From Trypanosoma brucei (taxonomy: Eukaryota), in NCBI GenBank assembly GCA_000002445.1, contig CP000070.1, forward strand, positions 1,088,001 to 1,152,000: a stretch of DNA of 64,000 nt. Direction: 5' to 3'. Position 1 is the first letter of the stretch, and every line of letters starts with the position of its first letter. The position numbers and the translations under genes are program-made. Positions 63,951 to 64,000 of this stretch are shown here, in pieces. Under the pieces are notes generated by a model, which was not told where the DNA came from, searched no databases, and was given only the letters and a program-made list of their open reading frames with translations.

Positions 63951-64000
63951 AGCATGCGCCGAAGCTGATACCGCAATCTGTCCGTATTCTGTATGATATT

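Noticed and set aside
1-64000. Search for prokaryotic defence or novel-system signatures (CRISPR, toxin-antitoxin, restriction-modification, phage islands)
   Set aside because: The sequence is clearly eukaryotic and kinetoplastid-like: polycistronic unidirectional arrays, polypyrimidine-tract spacers, and ELO, UTP12, UTP25, NudC and kinesin homologues. No Shine-Dalgarno-spaced operons or CRISPR repeat-spacer organisation are present.

Overview
The window is eukaryotic nuclear DNA with the hallmarks of a kinetoplastid (Trypanosoma brucei-like) genome. Genes are intronless and densely packed in long same-strand arrays. Intergenic spacers are polypyrimidine-rich and carry (GT)n and (TA)n microsatellites. 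There are no prokaryotic operons, CRISPR arrays or defence islands. Every supported gene from 0.4 kb to about 39 kb is on the + strand and every supported gene from about 46 kb to the end is on the - strand, so the window contains a complete convergent strand-switch region. The + array encodes a divergent kinesin, a Pro-rich 12-aa-repeat protein, a 2408-aa protein with about 16 near-identical 186-bp coding repeats, mitochondrial ribosomal protein bL21, a 1251-aa hypothetical, three tandem ELO fatty-acid elongase paralogues, a protein with LSD1-type zinc fingers, an LYR-motif protein, a UTP12/WDR3 homologue and one copy of a small membrane-protein family. The - array encodes three more copies of that family, NudC, an F-box-like protein, an FAD/NAD(P) oxidoreductase, a Cet1-like RNA triphosphatase candidate, a DZIP1-like protein and UTP25. 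The most unusual structure sits exactly at the strand switch: a near-perfect 3636-bp inverted repeat (arms 37880-41515 and 42482-46117) around a 966-bp spacer. Each arm holds a HYPK/UBA-like small gene and the 5' part of a degenerate Ty3/DIRS (VIPER-like) retroelement. The spacer holds the frameshifted reverse-transcriptase remainder of that element. The outer arm boundaries coincide with the 3' ends of two inverted paralogues of the membrane-protein family. Convergent transcription through this palindrome should yield hairpin dsRNA, making it a strong candidate siRNA locus and a recombination hotspot, unless it is an assembly artefact. All functional calls come from reading motifs in the translations. 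No database search was run.
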